Assembly: GCA_944390645.1 (NCBI GenBank)
Contig: CALXRE010000095.1
Span: 1-36,168 of the forward strand
DNA length: 36,168 nucleotides
Origin: an uncultured Alphaproteobacteria bacterium
GTDB lineage: Bacteria > Pseudomonadota > Alphaproteobacteria > CACZRW01
Direction: 5' to 3'
The notes below the pieces were generated by a model. The model did not search any database and was not told where the DNA came from. It worked only from the letters and a program-made list of their open reading frames with translations. Positions 1 to 10,323 of this stretch are shown piece by piece. The position numbers and the translations under genes are program-made. Positions within the stretch are counted from its first letter, which is position 1; the number at the start of each line of letters is the position of its first letter.

Positions 1-2
1 GT

Positions 3-143
3 TTTGGGCGATGTTCTAAAATCGGAGCTTTGAGTGGATGTAGTGATACTTCAATCCCTTACGTTAATAGTTCTAATTATCCTTATTATAGTGCGATATA
101 TATTATTGGAGAACCAATCAACTGGCAAAAACCAAATATTTAA
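3..143 (+). CDS. 3' end of an unidentified CDS entering from the left edge
   Basis: Open frame from the window edge (FGRCSKIGALSGCSDTSIPY...WQKPNI) to TAA at 141-143, converging on the hairpin after hslU. No family recognised. Confidence 0.5.
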   Translation, partial: FGRCSKIGALSGCSDTSIPYVNSSNYPYYSAIYIIGEPINWQKPNI

Positions 144-169
144 AAAGGAAGGTTTACATAAACCTTCCT
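142..169 (-). terminator. Intrinsic terminator downstream of hslU
   Basis: Perfect stem AGGAAGGTTT (146-155) / AAACCTTCCT (160-169), loop ACAT. The A-run at 142-146 gives a U-tract on the minus strand, just past the hslU stop. Confidence 0.8.
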
Positions 170-177
170 AAAAATAT

Positions 178-1488
178 TTAAAGAATAAATCTTGCTAAAT
201 CACTGTTTTTATTCAAAGAACTTACTTTTTCTTTAACTGTCTCTGCGGTGATTGTTTCTTTGCTCCCTGCTTTTTCTGAAGCGTTAAAACTAATATCTTC
301 TAAAAGCCTTTCTAAAATAGTGTGGAGACGACGAGCTCCTATATTTTCTACACTTTGATTCATTTCGGCAGCGAAACGAGCAACTTCTACAATAGCATCA
401 GGCGTGATCTCTAAAGTTACGCCTTCCGTAGCAAGCAAAGCTTTATATTGAACAATAAGATTCGCTTCCGGTTCAGTTAAAATACGAACAAAATCTTCTT
501 GAGTTAAAGCATCAAGTTCTACTCTGATTGGTAACCTGCCTTGTAATTCAGGAAGTAAATCCGATGGCTTTGATAAATGAAAAGCTCCAGAAGTAATAAA
601 TAAAATATGATTAGTATTTACTGTTCCATATTTCGTACTTACGGTTGTACCTTCAATTAAAGGTAAAAGATCCCTTTGAACTCCTTCTCGTGAAACGTTA
701 CCTCTAACATGACCATCTTCTGTACCAGTTACTTTATCTATTTCATCTAGAAAAACTATTCCATTGTTTTCTACTGCTTGAATCGCGTTTTTCTTAATCA
801 AATCTTCATCCAAAAGCTTATCACTTTCTTCGGCTAATAAAAGTTCATAAGAATCTTTTACTTTTACAGTTCGTTTCTTATAGTTAGTACTTCCTTTACC
901 CAAAATATCTCCAAGACTTATCATTCCTACTTGAGAACCAGGCATACCAGGAATATCAAATGTCGGAAAACTATTTCCTGAATTGTCTATCAAAGAAATC
1001 TCTATTTCCTTATCATCAAGTTCTCCATTCCTGAGCATCGTACGAAATTTTTGCCTGGTTTCATTTGACGCACTCTCTCCTACTAGAGCTGTTATAACTC
1101 GTTCTTCTGCGTAAACTTCAGCTTTAGCTTTAACTCCTTTACGCATGCTCTCTCGAGTCATTTTTAACGAAACATCTAATAAGTCTCTTATAATGCTTTC
1201 AACATCTCTACCAACATAACCTATTTCTGTAAACTTCGTTGCTTCAACTTTAATAAAAGGTGCTTGAGCTAGCTTCGCTAAACGACGGGCTATCTCTGTC
1301 TTGCCAACTCCTGTAGGCCCTATCATTAAAATGTTCTTCGGTATAACTTCTTCCTTTAATTCAGGTGAAAGTTGCTGACGTCTCCAACGATTGCGTAATG
1401 CTATCGCTACTGCTCTTTTGGCTTCATGTTGACCGACAATAAAACGATCAAGCTCTGATACTATTTCTCGGGGGCTGAAAAATGTCAT
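178..1488 (-). CDS. hslU: ATP-dependent protease ATPase subunit HslU
   Basis: Walker [13 protein letters not shown] pore loop, FLDEIDK Walker B, GARRL, C-terminal DLARFIL. Start moved to ATG 1488 ([10 protein letters not shown]), with GAGG RBS and ATGA overlap with the hslV stop. Confidence 0.97.
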   Translation of the reverse strand: MTFFSPREIVSELDRFIVGQHEAKRAVAIALRNRWRRQQLSPELKEEVIPKNILMIGPTGVGKTEIARRLAKLAQAPFIKVEATKFTEIGYVGRDVESIIRDLLDVSLKMTRESMRKGVKAKAEVYAEERVITALVGESASNETRQKFRTMLRNGELDDKEIEISLIDNSGNSFPTFDIPGMPGSQVGMISLGDILGKGSTNYKKRTVKVKDSYELLLAEESDKLLDEDLIKKNAIQAVENNGIVFLDEIDKVTGTEDGHVRGNVSREGVQRDLLPLIEGTTVSTKYGTVNTNHILFITSGAFHLSKPSDLLPELQGRLPIRVELDALTQEDFVRILTEPEANLIVQYKALLATEGVTLEITPDAIVEVARFAAEMNQSVENIGARRLHTILERLLEDISFNASEKAGSKETITAETVKEKVSSLNKNSDLARFIL

Positions 1489-2027
1489 ATTTCCTCTATT
1501 ACTATATTTCCATTGGTGTAAATACAAATATCTCCGGCTATCTTTAATGCTCTTAAAGCTATATCTCTAGCTTCTAAGCCTTCGATGTCTTTTAACGCTC
1601 TAGCTGCCGCAAGAGCATATGGTCCTCCAGAGCCTATCCCTATAAGACCATCTTCTGGTTCCATTACATCGCCGTTACCAGATAAAATAAATGAAACTTC
1701 CTTGTCTGCTACAGCCATCATGGCTTCTAATTTCCTTAAATATCTATCCGTTCGCCAGTCCTTTGCTAGCTCTACGCACGCTCGTGTCAAATTGCCTGAA
1801 TGTTTCTCTAGTTTGCTTTCTAATCTTTCAAATAATGTAAACGCATCTGCTGTCGCTCCTGCAAAACCTGAAATAACTTTTCCTCCTCCTAAACGCCTAA
1901 CTTTTACTGCGTTCGATTTTAAAACCGTATTCCCAAAAGTTACTTGTCCATCACCTGCTATAACTACTTTGTCTCCTTTGCGAACTGAAAGAATAGTCGT
2001 TCCTCTCCATGTTAAGGCCTCTGTCAT
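1485..2027 (-). CDS. hslV: ATP-dependent protease peptidase subunit HslV
   Basis: Short propeptide then GTTIL (catalytic Thr), [37 protein letters not shown]. Confidence 0.97.
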   Translation of the reverse strand: MTEALTWRGTTILSVRKGDKVVIAGDGQVTFGNTVLKSNAVKVRRLGGGKVISGFAGATADAFTLFERLESKLEKHSGNLTRACVELAKDWRTDRYLRKLEAMMAVADKEVSFILSGNGDVMEPEDGLIGIGSGGPYALAAARALKDIEGLEARDIALRALKIAGDICIYTNGNIVIEEI

Positions 2028-2142
2028 TTTTTAATCCTTTGCTTTTTATTACTATATATCTTTAAATAAGTTCATTTTTATATTAAAACAAGCTGTAAAA
2101 AAAAATATCTTATCTTTCGGCTAGAAAATAAAAGAGGTAAAT

Positions 2143-2517
2143 ATGTACGATAAAAATAATATCTTTGCTAAATTCTTAAACGGAGAAATTAAAGTACAAA
2201 AAATATACGAGGATGAATATGCTATCGCTTTTTATGATATAAATCCTCAAGCTCCTATCCATGTCTTGGTAATCCCAAAAGGTGAATTCTCTTCCTTCGA
2301 TGACTTCTCTGCTAATGCTTCTGATCAAGAAATCGCCGGTTATATAAGAGCTATCGGTAAAGTATCTCGAAATCTTAAAATTGAAAAAGATGGTTATAGA
2401 CTCCTTGTTAATGTCGGTATGAATGCAGGTCAAGAAGTTCCTCATCTTCATACTCATGTCTTTGCTGGAACTAAACTAGGAAAAATGATTTCGGTGGATA
2501 ACTCTTCGAAAAGATAA
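2143..2517 (+). CDS. hinT: Histidine triad (HIT/HinT) nucleotide-binding protein
   Basis: NIFAK, DINPQAPIHVLVIPK, GQEVPHLHTH histidine triad; AGAGG RBS. Confidence 0.92.
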   Translation: MYDKNNIFAKFLNGEIKVQKIYEDEYAIAFYDINPQAPIHVLVIPKGEFSSFDDFSANASDQEIAGYIRAIGKVSRNLKIEKDGYRLLVNVGMNAGQEVPHLHTHVFAGTKLGKMISVDNSSKR

Positions 2518-3993
2518 TGCTTCCGCTATATGAGGAGCTCGAACCTTTTCTTCCATACCTAAATCTGCAATCGTTCTCGCAACTCTTAAAACCCTATTGT
2601 ATCCTCGAGCTGAAAGCTTTAATTGTTCCGCTGCTGTAATTAATAATTTTTCTCCTTCTGAATCAGGATGAGAAAACTCTTCTAATATTTCTCCATCTGC
2701 TTCAGAGTTCCTTGATATTTTACTACCTTTATAGCGAGATATTTGAAGAGAAACAGCACAAAAAACTCTCTTAGCTATTTCTGCTGATGTCTCTGTAGAA
2801 CTACTATTTGTCATATCCCAAGGCGGAACAGATGGAACCTCTATATGCATATCTATTCGATCCAATAATGGTCCAGATATCTTTGATTGATATTCTTCTC
2901 CACACTTAGGTGCTCGTGAACATTCTTGGCCTGGAGTCCCTAAATATCCGCAACGACATGGATTCATCGCAGCAACTAATTGAAACTTCGCTGGATAACT
3001 AACATGTAAATTTGCTCTGGATATTGAAATACTCCCTGTTTCCAAAGGTTGACGTAAAGCCTCTAATGCTGAACGTTGAAACTCTGGAAGCTCATCTAAA
3101 AATAATACCCCTTTATGTGCTAAAGATACTTCTCCTGGCTTAGCTTTATTGCCTCCTCCTACTAGCGAAACCATAGACGCAGAATGATGCGGAGAACGAT
3201 ATGGCCTATTAGAAACTAAACGACCTTCTTTAATCATACCTGCTATGGAATGAATCATGCTTACTTCTAAAATCTCCTTAGATGTTAGTGCCGGTAATAA
3301 AGAAGGAAGACGCGAAGCAAGCATCGATTTTCCTGCTCCTGGTGGACCTATTAATAAAAGATTATGACCTCCTGCTGCCGCAATCTCTAGTGCCCTTTTC
3401 GCACTTTCTTGCCCTTTAATGTCTTTTATATCTAAAAAACTAGTATTTACTTCTGGACTCAATTTCTCTGGATAGGGAAGGGTGCATAATCCTTTAAAAT
3501 GATTTATAAGCTCTAATAAACTAGAAGCAGCTAAAATATTGCTAATACCAGACCATGCTGCTTCTGAACCTTGACTAAAAGGACAAATAAATCCTTGATT
3601 TAGAGAATTAGCAAAAATAGCTGCCGGTAAAATACCTGTAACTCCAGAAATCGTTCCATCTAATCCTAATTCTCCCATAATTGTAAAACTAGAAACAGAT
3701 CTCTCCGGTATAATCTCCATTGCTGAAAGTAAACCTAAGGCTATTGGTAAATCAAAATGACTCCCTTCCTTAACAATATTTGCTGGGGCTAAATTAACTG
3801 TTATTCTTTTCGGTGGTAATGAAAGTCCTAATCCACTTAACGCAGATCTTACTCTTTCTCTGCTCTCTGCAACCGCTTTGTCTGCTAACCCAACTATCGT
3901 AAAAGACGGTAAACCATTGGCTATTTGAACTTCAACTCTAACTGGAAGTACTTCTATACCTTGAAACGAAACTGTGTAAACTCTAGATAACAT
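2476..3993 (-). CDS. comM: YifB/ComM family Mg-chelatase-like AAA+ ATPase
   Basis: IVGLADKAVAESRERV, KEGSHFDLPIA, GPPGAGKS, PHHSAS, LFLDELPEF, AAMNPCRCG, LSARGYNRVLRVARTIADL. Confidence 0.93.
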   Translation of the reverse strand: MLSRVYTVSFQGIEVLPVRVEVQIANGLPSFTIVGLADKAVAESRERVRSALSGLGLSLPPKRITVNLAPANIVKEGSHFDLPIALGLLSAMEIIPERSVSSFTIMGELGLDGTISGVTGILPAAIFANSLNQGFICPFSQGSEAAWSGISNILAASSLLELINHFKGLCTLPYPEKLSPEVNTSFLDIKDIKGQESAKRALEIAAAGGHNLLLIGPPGAGKSMLASRLPSLLPALTSKEILEVSMIHSIAGMIKEGRLVSNRPYRSPHHSASMVSLVGGGNKAKPGEVSLAHKGVLFLDELPEFQRSALEALRQPLETGSISISRANLHVSYPAKFQLVAAMNPCRCGYLGTPGQECSRAPKCGEEYQSKISGPLLDRIDMHIEVPSVPPWDMTNSSSTETSAEIAKRVFCAVSLQISRYKGSKISRNSEADGEILEEFSHPDSEGEKLLITAAEQLKLSARGYNRVLRVARTIADLGMEEKVRAPHIAEALSFRRVIHRNHFS

Positions 3994-4365
3994 TTACCAA
4001 CGCGGTGTTACGTCTTCTCCTCTATAACGACGGGAAGGGTAATTGCCATATTCTATCTTGTCATCTTTTGCTGTAAACCTTGGTATGTCCGTAACCCTTA
4101 CAAAGCCTCGACTCTCCATGCCTTTAGCACAATTCTCTACTTCTGATGAAAAAAGTCCCGTAGTCGTTAATGTATAAGAATTACATTCTACTATCTCTCT
4201 AGATATAGGATGTTGAAGTAAAATCCTATCTGGTTTCGCATTAAAGCTTCTAAGATCTGTGGTCTTGCCTGGAGAACTTATAACTTCAGGTCCTTCAGAC
4301 GAAGAGGTGGAACACGAGCTTAAACCAAAGGAAAAAATAAACAAAAATATTAATAAAAATCTCAT
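3994..4365 (-). CDS. Hypothetical lipoprotein
   Basis: Signal MRFLLIFLFIFSFGLSSC with lipobox LSSC; two more Cys in the mature part. Start moved to ATG 4365 (GAGG RBS). Stop directly abuts the comM start. Confidence 0.75.
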   Translation of the reverse strand: MRFLLIFLFIFSFGLSSCSTSSSEGPEVISSPGKTTDLRSFNAKPDRILLQHPISREIVECNSYTLTTTGLFSSEVENCAKGMESRGFVRVTDIPRFTAKDDKIEYGNYPSRRYRGEDVTPRW

Positions 4366-4444
4366 AGTAACCTCAGAAATCAAAATTAAAACTATTAAAG
4401 TCTAAACTATTTTCTAAAAATTACCAGTAAATACAGCATTAGAG

Positions 4445-5020
4445 TTATTCTTCTATGATGATTATATAATCAACTATTTTTCGTAAACCTGAAATATTTC
4501 GAAGCCTTTCTAATACTAACTTCTTTTCTTCAAGACTTTTAGTCGAACCAATAATGTAGGCTATCCTATCTTGAACAACAGTTTTATAGTTCGCTGATGT
4601 GATATGCTCACCTCCTAATAATTCCGCAAAAATCTTTTTGTTTAAAAAAATATCTATTCCATCAGATCTAACACTATCTTTGTCTTTTAAACTTATATGA
4701 TTGTAAATGTCTGTAATGTAAGAATTTGACCTTGTTATTTCTATTATATCTTGTATCTCTGATTCTGTTTCTACACTCCCTGTGAGTAATGCTCTACGCT
4801 CGGAAACAAAAATTGAAACCTCCGTTAAATAAGCGTGATTCTTTTGAAAAAATTCGTTCTTTAAATAAATTTCTGTCTCGGAATCTTTAACTGAATCTCC
4901 AAAAGGCCTGTCTTCTGTGGCAAAATTAGCTACTGTATTACCTGCTACTACCGCTGTACAACTAGAAAAAAAAGAAATCAAAAATAAAAGAAAACTAAAA
5001 AAGAAAAATTTAAAAAACAT
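4445..5020 (-). CDS. Dual-BON-domain lipoprotein (DolP/YraP-like)
   Basis: Lipobox-like FSSC, EDRPFGDSVKD, ALLTGSV and AYIIG motifs of two BON-like repeats; lies downstream of yraN. Start moved to ATG 5020. Confidence 0.75.
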   Translation of the reverse strand: MFFKFFFFSFLLFLISFFSSCTAVVAGNTVANFATEDRPFGDSVKDSETEIYLKNEFFQKNHAYLTEVSIFVSERRALLTGSVETESEIQDIIEITRSNSYITDIYNHISLKDKDSVRSDGIDIFLNKKIFAELLGGEHITSANYKTVVQDRIAYIIGSTKSLEEKKLVLERLRNISGLRKIVDYIIIIEE

Positions 5021-5022
5021 TC

Positions 5023-5421
5023 TTACCACCAATCTTTACGCCAAGCATCTTTTATATGAATAGGATAACTCTTTTCTCCTAATAAAATAGCATCAAAGCG
5101 TACCCCATAATCAAGATATTCTGAATGTAAAGATAAAAAAAACTCAGCTGCTCTAAATATCCTCTTTTTACTGTAAGTACTTATAGAATAAGCTGCTTCA
5201 TCTATGTGCTTTCGAAACTTTACTTCAATGAAAATTATATTCTTCCCTTTTGTTGCTATAATATCTATTTCTCCTGCTCCAATCCCTCGACCACTGACAA
5301 AATTCCTATTTAATATTTTGTACCCCTTTAATCGTAGCCAATTTGCTGCAATGGTTTCCATTGCATAACCTTTGTTCCTAGATTCTTTACCTATAGTTAC
5401 TTTATCTATTTGCTTTTGCAT
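5023..5421 (-). CDS. yraN: YraN family (UPF0102) endonuclease-like protein
   Basis: GYKILNRNF, GEIDII, FIEVK, RFDAI, HIKDAW; follows rsmI. Confidence 0.9.
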   Translation of the reverse strand: MQKQIDKVTIGKESRNKGYAMETIAANWLRLKGYKILNRNFVSGRGIGAGEIDIIATKGKNIIFIEVKFRKHIDEAAYSISTYSKKRIFRAAEFFLSLHSEYLDYGVRFDAILLGEKSYPIHIKDAWRKDWW

Positions 5422-6271
5422 CTTTAATTTTTAAGGCTTCTTCGTATAAGAGTTTCTTATTTATTTTATATTGTTCAGAAACAATAGCTGTAGCATCTTT
5501 TAAAGAAAGAAAATCTAATAGTTTGTATAAAAGATTCTTTGCTTCTTCTTCTCTTTCAAATGATGAAACTTCTTCTAAGGGATTTATAACGATAACTACT
5601 TCTCCTTTAACTTCTCCTCGATCTTGATAGTACTTTATTAAATCTAATATGTTAAAGCGAATACTCTCTTCAAAATGTTTCGTAAGCTCCCTTATTACGG
5701 CTCCAGAACAATTACCAAAAACCTCAAATATACTTCTTAGGGTATCTAATAAACGATGCGGTGATTCATAAAAAATAATTGAGGCTGATATACCTTTTAA
5801 TTTAATTAACTCTTTTTCCTTCGCTGCTTGTTTCGAAGGTAAAAAACCATAAAAGAAAAATTTGTCAGTTGGTAAACCTGAAAGTTGTAAAGCTGTTAAA
5901 ACTGCAGAAGCTCCTGGACATGACGTAACATAACAACCTTGGTCAAAACAATCCCTGACTAAACGATATCCTGGATCTGAAATAAGCGGAGTCCCTGCAT
6001 CTGAAACTAAAGCAACGCTCTTGCCTGATAAAATAAAAGATATCACTTTAGGGCGAATAATATCTGCGTTGTGTTCATGATATGATAAAAAATTTTTGCC
6101 CCTTATCCCTAAAAGATCTAAAAGCTTTCCTGTAACCCTAGTATCTTCACAAGCTATAATGTCTGCACTAAAAAGCACTTCCTCTGCTCTATGAGTAATA
6201 TCACCAAGATTGCCTATCGGTGTCGAAACAAGATATAATCCAGGAATGAGGTTCTTTTTTGTATCTAACAT
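5402..6271 (-). CDS. rsmI: 16S rRNA C1402 2'-O-methyltransferase
   Basis: LYLVSTPIGNLGDIT, CEDTR, VSDAGTPLISDPG, FYESPHR, RELTKHFEE, KGEVV. Confidence 0.96.
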   Translation of the reverse strand: MLDTKKNLIPGLYLVSTPIGNLGDITHRAEEVLFSADIIACEDTRVTGKLLDLLGIRGKNFLSYHEHNADIIRPKVISFILSGKSVALVSDAGTPLISDPGYRLVRDCFDQGCYVTSCPGASAVLTALQLSGLPTDKFFFYGFLPSKQAAKEKELIKLKGISASIIFYESPHRLLDTLRSIFEVFGNCSGAVIRELTKHFEESIRFNILDLIKYYQDRGEVKGEVVIVINPLEEVSSFEREEEAKNLLYKLLDFLSLKDATAIVSEQYKINKKLLYEEALKIKDAKANR

Positions 6272-6325
6272 TTTTTTCTTCTTTAGCTTAATATATAAAA
6301 AATTTTATTTAAAGGAGACTAACAC

Positions 6326-7831
6326 GTGCAGTTTTTTAGAAAAGCTTTTATATTCGGATATATACTAACTTTTTGTTTTTGTATTACTTCTTGTGCAAAA
6401 AATAATTATTACCCTATAACAAAAACAGCAGAACAAAAACCAACCTCTTTGGTGGAAAATGTAAATCAATCTGAGCCTGATCTACAAAAAACTGAAAACT
6501 TAGAACTTGAAGAAATAACTCCTATATCAGAAGAAAAACAAACAGAAAATCAAACATTTTTTGAAAAAATAATGGCAAAACTAAAATCTATACAACCAAG
6601 TAATCTTAAAACAGAAAATGATTCTTCTTTGCGAGTCGGAATGTTACTGCCTTTGTCTGGTAAAGCCGCTGAAACTGGAAAAGCTATGCAAAATGCAGCT
6701 ATGTTAGCTCTCTTAGAAACTGGCGATAAAAATATGATTGTACAGTTCTATGATACTCAAGGAACTCCTGAAGGTGCTACCCAGGCTCTTAATACAGCTA
6801 TACAGCAAGGAACTAACTTAATCGTCGGTCCTCTCTTCTCTGCTGAAGTTAGAGCCGTAAAAGCTGAATTGGGATTCCGAAATATTGATATTATAACTTT
6901 TTCTTCTGATCCTTCAGTTTTGGGAAATGATGTGTTCTCTATTGCTCTTTTAGTCCCTCAACAAGTGGAAAAAATTATTACTTATGCTTGTGAAAACGGA
7001 TATAAAAAATTCGCTGTCCTCGCACAAAGTAATGAAATGGGAGAATTCGTAATTTCTTCTGCTCAAAATGCAGCTGAAAAGTGTGGTGCTGAAATAACTA
7101 AAACTGGTTTTTATAATCCTATAAATACTGATATGTCTGGAGCTGTTAAAGCTATTTTGCCTGAAGCAATGCTCCTAAAACTAGAAAAAGAAAGACTAAG
7201 AGAACAAGGATATGAAGTCCAAGAAGAAGTGATTTTTGATGCTGAAGGAAATAAAATAGATGAAAATAATATCGTTTTTGATTTTGATGCCGTCTTGATC
7301 GCTGACGATGGCGTAAGATTAAGATCTTTAGGTGCTTTGCTTGCTTACTATGATGTAACTCCAGATAAAATAAAAACTCTTGGTATATCTTTATGGGACG
7401 ATCCTAATGTCCGAAAAGAACCTGCTTTAATTGGTGGTTGGTATCCAAATTTAGATAAATCTGGATTCTATGAATTCGCTGAAAAATATAAAGCTGTCTA
7501 TGAAGGTAAAAATCCTCCACGAATTGCAAGTCAGGCTTATGATGCTATTGCTCTTGCTGCTGTCTTGGCAAGAAAAGGGGATATTTCTGATAAAGCTATT
7601 ACTGATCCTTCAGGATTCGTAGGCGTTGATGGCTTGTTCCGCTTCTTGGAAGATGGTAATTCTGAACGAAGCCTAGCAATTATGCAGGTAACTAAAAAAG
7701 GCCCTGATAAAACCATTAGTCCTGCTCCAACTAGATTCTCTATTCAAAACTTTAATAAAGAAGAAATTCAAAATCAAAATATAAACTCTTTTGAATATGG
7801 TGTTTGGGGGGAAAATAAAGCTGATTTCTAA
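6326..7831 (+). CDS. Penicillin-binding protein activator / LppC-like lipoprotein (periplasmic binding protein fold)
   Basis: GTG start with AAGGAG RBS, lipobox ITSC, VGMLLPLSG, IVGPLFS, AYDA, GFVGVDGLFRF; divergent from rsmI as in other proteobacteria. Confidence 0.85.
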   Translation: MQFFRKAFIFGYILTFCFCITSCAKNNYYPITKTAEQKPTSLVENVNQSEPDLQKTENLELEEITPISEEKQTENQTFFEKIMAKLKSIQPSNLKTENDSSLRVGMLLPLSGKAAETGKAMQNAAMLALLETGDKNMIVQFYDTQGTPEGATQALNTAIQQGTNLIVGPLFSAEVRAVKAELGFRNIDIITFSSDPSVLGNDVFSIALLVPQQVEKIITYACENGYKKFAVLAQSNEMGEFVISSAQNAAEKCGAEITKTGFYNPINTDMSGAVKAILPEAMLLKLEKERLREQGYEVQEEVIFDAEGNKIDENNIVFDFDAVLIADDGVRLRSLGALLAYYDVTPDKIKTLGISLWDDPNVRKEPALIGGWYPNLDKSGFYEFAEKYKAVYEGKNPPRIASQAYDAIALAAVLARKGDISDKAITDPSGFVGVDGLFRFLEDGNSERSLAIMQVTKKGPDKTISPAPTRFSIQNFNKEEIQNQNINSFEYGVWGENKADF

Positions 7832-8931
7832 TCGCTAAATAATCGAGATAAAATTAAATCAATAAGTAAAAAACCTTTCTGAGATGCACAAATGTTTGGA
7901 CCTCTTTGTTCTAATAACCCTTCAGAAAGCAAAGACGATAAGTGTTTTTGAGGAAGATACTTGGATAAAACTCCTTCGGTTGTCCGAAGACCCATAATCG
8001 CTCTCTCTTCCATAATTTCTTGGGAAGTTAAAATAATATCTTCGGAATTTTTATTCCGCAATTTTAACCAAATAAAAGGATTCTTTTCTTGCTTAAAGGC
8101 ATGCTTTTTACCGTTAATGCTAAAACGACCATGCGCAGAAGGTCCTATACCTAGATAATCTTGATACCTCCAATAAGAAAGATTATGAATGCTCTCATAA
8201 CCCGATAAAGCATGATTTGAAACTTCATATGCTGCTAACCCTGCTTTCGTCGTTATTTCCCATGTGCGCTCATAAAGTCTTGCTGCTAATTCCTCTTTTG
8301 GAGTTTCTATCTTCCTTCGAAAAAACTCACTGCCTTCTTCTATGCTTAATTGATATAAAGATAAATGAGGCGATTGATAACTAAGTGCTTCGGATAATTC
8401 TTTCGACCATTCTTTTATACTTTGTTCTGGTAACGCATAAATAAGATCAAAAGAAACATTCGAAAAAATCTTTAAACCTTGCTTTAAAGCTTCTAATCCT
8501 TCTTCTTTTGTGTGAATCCTACCTAAAAACTTTAATGAAATATCAGATAAAGATTGTATTCCTAAAGAAAGCCTATTAACTCCTATATCCCTTAATTCTC
8601 TGAATTTCTTTGCTTCAGAAGAAGATGGATTAGCTTCTAAAGTAATCTCTAAATTTAATCTCAAATGAAAATGCTTACTAATGTATTTAATAAGCTCTTC
8701 TATAAAATAACTGGGAAGTAAAGATGGTGTACCTCCTCCAAAAAAAATACTTTGTACCTCGTAATCTTCTATAAAGGGAATAAAAAAATCTATTGCTCGC
8801 TTATACTCTTTTAACCATATAGAAAAATCTATATCTAAGGGTATTTTCTGGCTAGCAAAATCACAGTAAGGACACTTAGAACTGCAAAACCCCCAATGAA
8901 TATATATGCTTAATGGCTTCCTTACTGTCAT
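7828..8931 (-). CDS. hemW: Radical SAM heme chaperone HemW
   Basis: CSSKCPYC (CxxxCxxC), FGGGTPS, EANP, YEVSNHA, HNLSYW; part of the rph-rdgB-hemW operon. Confidence 0.9.
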   Translation of the reverse strand: MTVRKPLSIYIHWGFCSSKCPYCDFASQKIPLDIDFSIWLKEYKRAIDFFIPFIEDYEVQSIFFGGGTPSLLPSYFIEELIKYISKHFHLRLNLEITLEANPSSSEAKKFRELRDIGVNRLSLGIQSLSDISLKFLGRIHTKEEGLEALKQGLKIFSNVSFDLIYALPEQSIKEWSKELSEALSYQSPHLSLYQLSIEEGSEFFRRKIETPKEELAARLYERTWEITTKAGLAAYEVSNHALSGYESIHNLSYWRYQDYLGIGPSAHGRFSINGKKHAFKQEKNPFIWLKLRNKNSEDIILTSQEIMEERAIMGLRTTEGVLSKYLPQKHLSSLLSEGLLEQRGPNICASQKGFLLIDLILSRLFSD

Positions 8932-8937
8932 ATCTTA

Positions 8938-9525
8938 TTATAAACAATGTTTTACAAATTCACTAAAAGCTCGAGAACGATGGCTGATCCTTTCCTTTAT
9001 TTTTGTATCTAAAATACCAAAAGATTCTTTGTAACCTTCTGGAACAAAAAAAGGATCATAACCAAAACCATTATTTCCCATAGGTGGCCAACAAAGATTA
9101 CCAAATACTCTACCTGTAAATGTTTCACTATATCCATCTGGCCAGGCTATGGATAATACACAAGTAAAATTTGCTCGACGATCTTCCTTATCAGCTAAAA
9201 GATCGTTTATTCTTTTCATTGCTCCTTGATAGTCCCCATCCGCAAAACGGCTAGAATAAATACCTGGAGCTCCATCTAATGCTGATACCTCTAAACCTGA
9301 ATCATCTGCAAGCGAAGGAAGTCCTGAAACCTTCGCTGCAAATAATGCTTTAAGTTTTGCATTTTCTTCAAACGTCTTTCCTGTTTCTTCTGGATCTTCT
9401 ATATCTAAATCTTTAGAAGAAATTATTTCTTTCTTGTAAGGTAATAAAAGAGCTGAAAACTCTTTAAGCTTACCTAAATTATGGGTCATTAAAACAAGTC
9501 GATCTTCTTTAAGCTTTCTACTCAT
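8938..9525 (-). CDS. rdgB: Non-canonical purine NTP pyrophosphatase
   Basis: THNLGKLKEF, ETGKTFEENAKLKA, ADDSGL, FGYDPFF, SHR. Confidence 0.95.
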   Translation of the reverse strand: MSRKLKEDRLVLMTHNLGKLKEFSALLLPYKKEIISSKDLDIEDPEETGKTFEENAKLKALFAAKVSGLPSLADDSGLEVSALDGAPGIYSSRFADGDYQGAMKRINDLLADKEDRRANFTCVLSIAWPDGYSETFTGRVFGNLCWPPMGNNGFGYDPFFVPEGYKESFGILDTKIKERISHRSRAFSEFVKHCL

Positions 9526-9529
9526 TATT

Positions 9530-10246
9530 TTAAATACCTAAAACAGTTTTTTGAATCTTACTTAATTCGCTTGTTCCTTTATAGGCTAAATCTAAAAGCT
9601 TGTTAAAATCTTCCCTATTAAAAGGAATCTTCTCTGCTGTACCTTGAATTTCAACAATACCTCCTGATCCTGTAATTACAAAGTTAGCATCAGTTTCGGC
9701 TGAAGAATCTTCTTCGTAATCTAAATCTAAAATAGCTTCTCCTTGATAAAAACCACACGAAATCGCTGATACAGTACTAAAAATGGGATTCTCTTCAATG
9801 ATACTTAATTTCTTTAGCTTTTCAAAAGCTCTGTATAACGCAACAAATCCTCCTGTAATCGCAGCCGTCCTTGTTCCTCCGTCTGCTTGAATAACATCGC
9901 AATCTACTCTTATTGAAAGATCTGGTATCTTACTTAAATCAACAGAAGCTCTTAAAGATCTACCAATAAGTCTTTGTATCTCATGTGTCCGTCCAGATTG
10001 TCCCTTATGACATGCTTCTCTCTCTATGCGAACTCCTGTAGAGCGCGGAAGCATTCCATACTCTGCTGTTACCCACCCTCTACCGCTATTCCTAAGCCAT
10101 AAAGGAGCTTTATCTTCTAAAGAAGCTGTGCAAAGAACTTGGGTGTCTCCAAATCTGGCAAAACATGATCCTTCCGCATGCTTGTTAATATCTGGTTCTA
10201 AAATTACTTGTCTTATTTCATCAAAGGCTCTTTTCGATGGTCTCAT
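9530..10246 (-). CDS. rph: Ribonuclease PH
   Basis: [53 protein letters not shown]. Start moved to ATG 10246 (AAAGGA RBS). Confidence 0.97.
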   Translation of the reverse strand: MRPSKRAFDEIRQVILEPDINKHAEGSCFARFGDTQVLCTASLEDKAPLWLRNSGRGWVTAEYGMLPRSTGVRIEREACHKGQSGRTHEIQRLIGRSLRASVDLSKIPDLSIRVDCDVIQADGGTRTAAITGGFVALYRAFEKLKKLSIIEENPIFSTVSAISCGFYQGEAILDLDYEEDSSAETDANFVITGSGGIVEIQGTAEKIPFNREDFNKLLDLAYKGTSELSKIQKTVLGI

Positions 10247-10294
10247 AATCTTTCCTTTCATAAACTTAAACTGTTATAAATTAAAATGTATAGG

Positions 10295-10323
10295 TTGACA
10301 GTTCAAGAGGGCAAACTTACTTT
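10295..10323 (+). promoter_or_regulatory. Putative sigma70-type promoter for grpE
   Basis: TTGACA (10295-10300), 17-nt spacer, TACTTT (10318-10323); a TATAAT also lies at 10328-10333. Confidence 0.5.

Noticed and set aside
1585-2034. 149-aa + strand ORF, and other short antisense ORFs at 2176, 7961, 10026, 10753, 12226, 13609, 16511, 18031, 19551, 23885, 28124 and 30011
   Set aside because: They lie antisense to well-supported conserved genes and have no recognisable motifs; typical shadow ORFs.
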